Assembly (NCBI GenBank): GCA_010356995.1
Contig: ML996690.1
Span: forward strand, 203,101 to 267,100
From: Trichodelitschia bisporula
Lineage: Eukaryota
DNA: 64,000 nt
Direction: 5' to 3'
A program made the position numbers and the translations under genes. Positions 60,441-64,000 of the stretch are shown here, piece after piece; the first letter of the stretch is position 1, and every line of letters begins with the position of its first letter. Under the pieces are notes generated by a model. It ran no database searches and had not been told where the DNA came from. It saw only the letters and a list, made by a program, of their open reading frames with translations.

Positions 60441-62468
60441 TCACCGCGCGCAGTGCTCCGGGCAGCGCTCCGGTCGCCCCCGTACGACCCAGCGCTCCCA
60501 CGCCTTGCGTGTGGCGTTTGACACAAAATCCCCGTTGTCGCCCAGATCTTCCGGCGACTCAGGCTCGCGGGTTCCGCTGCTGTTAAGTGTGCACCATGGC
60601 ACCGGGCACCGCGTTTCAGGGTTGTCTTCCGGCACCACGTTCCACTGCGGAAATTCCATCGAGTGGCCTTGGAGACCGCGCTCGTCGTCCGTGTCGTCAT
60701 CATCATCGTCGTCCATGTCGAGGTCAAAGTGCCCGTGGTCGTCGTTGTTCAAGTCGTTGACGTTAATATCCGCGAAGCTCGACGCTGTCCCTAAGGACAT
60801 GTCGTCGTCCAGGCTCTCCTCGGGCGCCTCCGCCGCCATTGCTCCTTCAAGGTCCATTTCGTGGTCGGAATCGTCAAAGTCGTTATCGCTGTCGCTGCTG
60901 TACCCGCCAGGCGGATCATCCGGTACCTCGGCGCCAGCCCCAGCCCATTGTTCATCAAAGTGCCGCGAGTAGCCGATGCGCCGCAGGCTAACCCAGTCCA
61001 GTCGCGCCATGTCGTTGCGCAGAAATGACAGCACATCCTTCCACATGCTGCCTTCGTTAAGTAGCACATCGCGTAGGCGCAGGCCGCGCAGGGTGTAGCG
61101 ATGACGTGCCGCCAGCGCAATGATCTCGGCCGCGTTCAGTCGCCACCCCTGGATGCCAAACGCCAGGAGCTTCTCCCAGCACACGCCGTGGAATATCTCC
61201 TCCAGTGACAGGCTCAGCGGCCGGTGCGATGGGAAACCGACGTGCACAGCCTCGAGATTGCGTGCCGCCAGAAATACCGTTTTGAACAGCGGTGACAGAT
61301 CGCGCATCTTTGCGTCCAGGTCCATGTTGTCGTCAAAGTGCAGCTCCAGGCATGTTAGTCGCGCCGCCAGTGTTCCCAGCGTACTCGACTCTGCGCCCGG
61401 TGGGTGCTCGGCGAGGATCATGGCACTTTGCGGACTGAGCATCGGCGAGGAGAATCTTGTGCATGGTGAGTGTGACGCGATCATGGCCTCGCCAATCGTC
61501 CGCGTGCTGTGCAAGCAGGCTGGTGCCCACTTGAGCTCAACAAACTGGGTGAGATTTATGTTGTGATGAATGTAGGTGAGCAGCATGTCGTCCTGACGGT
61601 CCTGCACCGGTAGGATCTGAACGTGTTGCAGCTTTGTGAATGCGGCAAGTGCTGCCTTGAGCGCCTTGAGGTCCTGTTTCGTCTCGACTATGCGCTTCTG
61701 CTCATTGACCTTGTCGATATAGACTCGGACGTCTAGGTGGCCCAGACTGGCCTCTAAAGAAGGGAGCACGTCGCCAACGCGGTCTCTGCCTGAGTTGAGT
61801 GATCAGCTGGAGGCGGGCCCAAAAGGGAGGAGTCTATTACCCTCAACGTAAAAATAAGGCACCATGTAGCTGAACTTCTTGACATGCTGCCCAAGGTGTT
61901 TTTGCTTTGCGATCCACTCAAGCCGTTGGAAGCCTTTTTGCGAAAAACGCGTCGTGACGCGCGCAAATTGGTGTATAGCGCCTAGTTCGGAGAAGCGCTT
62001 GCACGTCAGGCGCAAGTTACCCAAATCTTGCGCCAGTGTCGTCGGCAGCTTCGGATGCGGTCTGAAGCTCTCCTGGGACAGATATGCGCGACGGTCAACG
62101 TTGATACCCTTGTCGGGATCAGCTTCGATCTGGTCGACTACAGCGCGCAGAAGCTCGTTGGGTAGGGTTAAAATGGCGGGAATGGGGGGCGTCGTTTTGA
62201 CTGATCCATTGCTTCTACGTTCCGCTGGTACTGGCATCGACGATGGAGCTTGACTCGGCGGCAATGACGGTTGTGTCAGAGCTTCAGGCTGAGGCGGAGG
62301 TGGTTCGTGCGCCGGCGGGAGCGAGGGCGGGTAGGGCTGGTGATCGGGCGCGTTGGGCAAAATCGCCACGGCGGGTGGCGGAGAAGCATGGTCGAGGGCA
62401 TCGACAAGGCGTTTGGGACCGGATGGTCTCGAAGGTCGAGCCACAAGTGACTCGGCGGCTCGAGTCAT
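60441..62468 (-). CDS. Fungal F-box-like protein with an LRR-like region and acidic C-terminal region
   Basis: ILTLPNELLRAVVD...LGNLRLTCKRFSE (F-box-like). Intron 61790-61840 joins ORFs 61803..62768 and 60441..61769 in frame. Confidence 0.8.
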
Positions 62469-63256
62469 GGTGTGCAAACGGCGAGGTTGGCCTCCGCGGG
62501 CGGCGCGCGGGGGTCGGGAGGGGGGAACGGAACGTGGTGTGGCAGATTTTAAAAAAAAAAGTAATGACGTCGCCAGGGGTGCTGAAGAGCCAGACGAACG
62601 GCAGATATAGACGACGTCTAGACCACAACAGATACGTAGAGTGACGACGGTAGCGGAGAAGTCAAAGGTCGTAGAGAACTTGGACGAGGGGATGGCGGAG
62701 GGCGAAAAAAAGAGCTTCAACGGACATTTGGCAGCGATGACGGCGGCAAGGCGCAGCAAGGACAGCAAAGCGATATTCAGTAGTGGCCATAAGTCGATGC
62801 AGCATGACCGCAGCTAACACAGTGCGAGTAGCGGAGTGGAAGCTGGCCTCATGCGTGGTTTCCGGAGAGGCTGCTGCCAGGTGCTGGGAGGGAGGGGGGG
62901 TGGAGAGTGGAAGGGAACGCTGCCGGGCGATGGTTGGCGGCAGACAGGGCTGCAAGTTGCCGCAATCCACTCACTAGAGCAATCGTGAGCTAGGTTTGGG
63001 ATATCAAGGGTAGGGAGAGGGGTGCGTAGGGGGAGGTAATGATGGAGTGGGAGGGGGCATCGTACGGAACGCAGTGGAAGACCAGGCACAGGGTGAGATG
63101 CAGATTCCAGTTACGTAGGCCAGTAATACTCTTTACTCGAAGATGGAATGGAGGGCCATGAGTGGTAGGTAACGGATACGGAGAAGAATGGAAGAATAGG
63201 ATGGGAGGAGATGGAGGAAGCGGGGGGACGTGGAGCTGGAGCTGGGTAGGGAGCTG

Positions 63257-63289
63257 GGTGGTGGTGGTGGTGGTGGTGGTGGTGGTGGT
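63257..63289 (-). repeat. (ACC)11 microsatellite on the minus strand, upstream of the F-box-like gene
   Basis: (GGT)11 on the plus strand. Confidence 0.9.
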
Positions 63290-64000
63290 AAGGTGTGTAT
63301 GTGTGGAAAGGATAGCGGCAGGGCCGAGAAAGTGACCAACTAACACCAACAAGCAGCTACCAACGCAAGCAGGAAAAAGCGACAGCAGATATTGGCAAGC
63401 TATTGCTGCTGGTGCTGCAAGCCGCGGCAGAGGCAGGTAAAGACTTGTGAGCCTCGTTGTCACCAAGCCCGTAACAGCCGAGTGAGGACGCAGAGTGGAA
63501 CAAGAGGTGCGGAGAGGGTGTAAGAGATCGGAGAGAAAGGTGCAAGAGGTTCGAGGAAAGAACAAAAAGTGCCGGGACACCGAACCACTCAGAGTTCAAG
63601 CTACCCTATCGCGATCACCTGACCGACTGGAGCTGCGCGTCGAGCTGCGGAGAAGGGCCCGTTCCGCTGTTCGGGTTAAGGCTTTTGGGTTCGTTTGGTG
63701 GGAGGGGGAGGGGTGGAGGGGTTTGAGTGGGTTGAGAGATGCATTGCCGGGAACATGGGGTGTGGGGGTGGGTGAGGGATGATTGTGTTTGGCGCAACTG
63801 GGGGGAGGGGGGAAAGTATGTGCGTCGGCAGAGAGGGAATGGAGAGGGGGGGGGGTTTACGCTACGAGGAGACGCTGTGGATGCATTCCCGGATGCACCT
63901 GTCTATGGTGCAAAGCCCAGACGGACCACTGCTACAGGGCGAGAGACAGGGCAATGCAGGTCTGCAGACAGGCATTGGGGGGGAGGGATGCAGACGATGC

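Noticed and set aside
59403..60586. Pro-rich plus-strand ORFs (236 and 333 aa)
   Set aside because: Non-ATG starts and no motifs; probably the antisense of the G-rich 3' region of the F-box-like gene.
1..64000. Transposon or secondary-metabolite cluster
   Set aside because: No transposase, reverse transcriptase, integrase, PKS or NRPS motifs were seen. The numerous long antisense ORFs are GC-rich shadows of real genes.

Overview
This is genomic DNA from a filamentous ascomycete: GC-rich, with short 40-70 nt introns, CTRAC branch points and two N gaps. The conserved genes are MSH6 (5'-partial), an intron-containing tRNA-Thr(AGT), a TPP1/Est3-type telomere OB-fold protein, FAB1, an aldehyde dehydrogenase, a PPZ phosphatase, a peroxisomal MDR oxidoreductase, SPT5, an LRR protein and an F-box-like protein. 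Lineage-specific material lies between them. The most striking is a cluster at 17.3-23.4 kb of three intronless, divergent paralogs (A, B, C) sharing a GK(Y/F)QxPLxGxExLxxLLS...L(E/D)LKAP(L/F)HD motif with a probable divergent BTB-like fold. In B and C a single in-frame TAG separates the upstream ORF from a shared basic C-terminal motif, GFxxxGRKxR. This could be stop-codon recoding (A-to-I editing or readthrough) or RIP-like decay, and the sequence alone cannot distinguish them. Other notable items are a ~215 bp fold-back hairpin at 54.7-54.9 kb, a ~2900 aa four-exon repeat-rich gene, a frameshifted Myb-like/ADP-ribosyltransferase-like gene, and a GC-AG intron in MSH6. All family assignments are from motif recognition by eye; no database searches were run.
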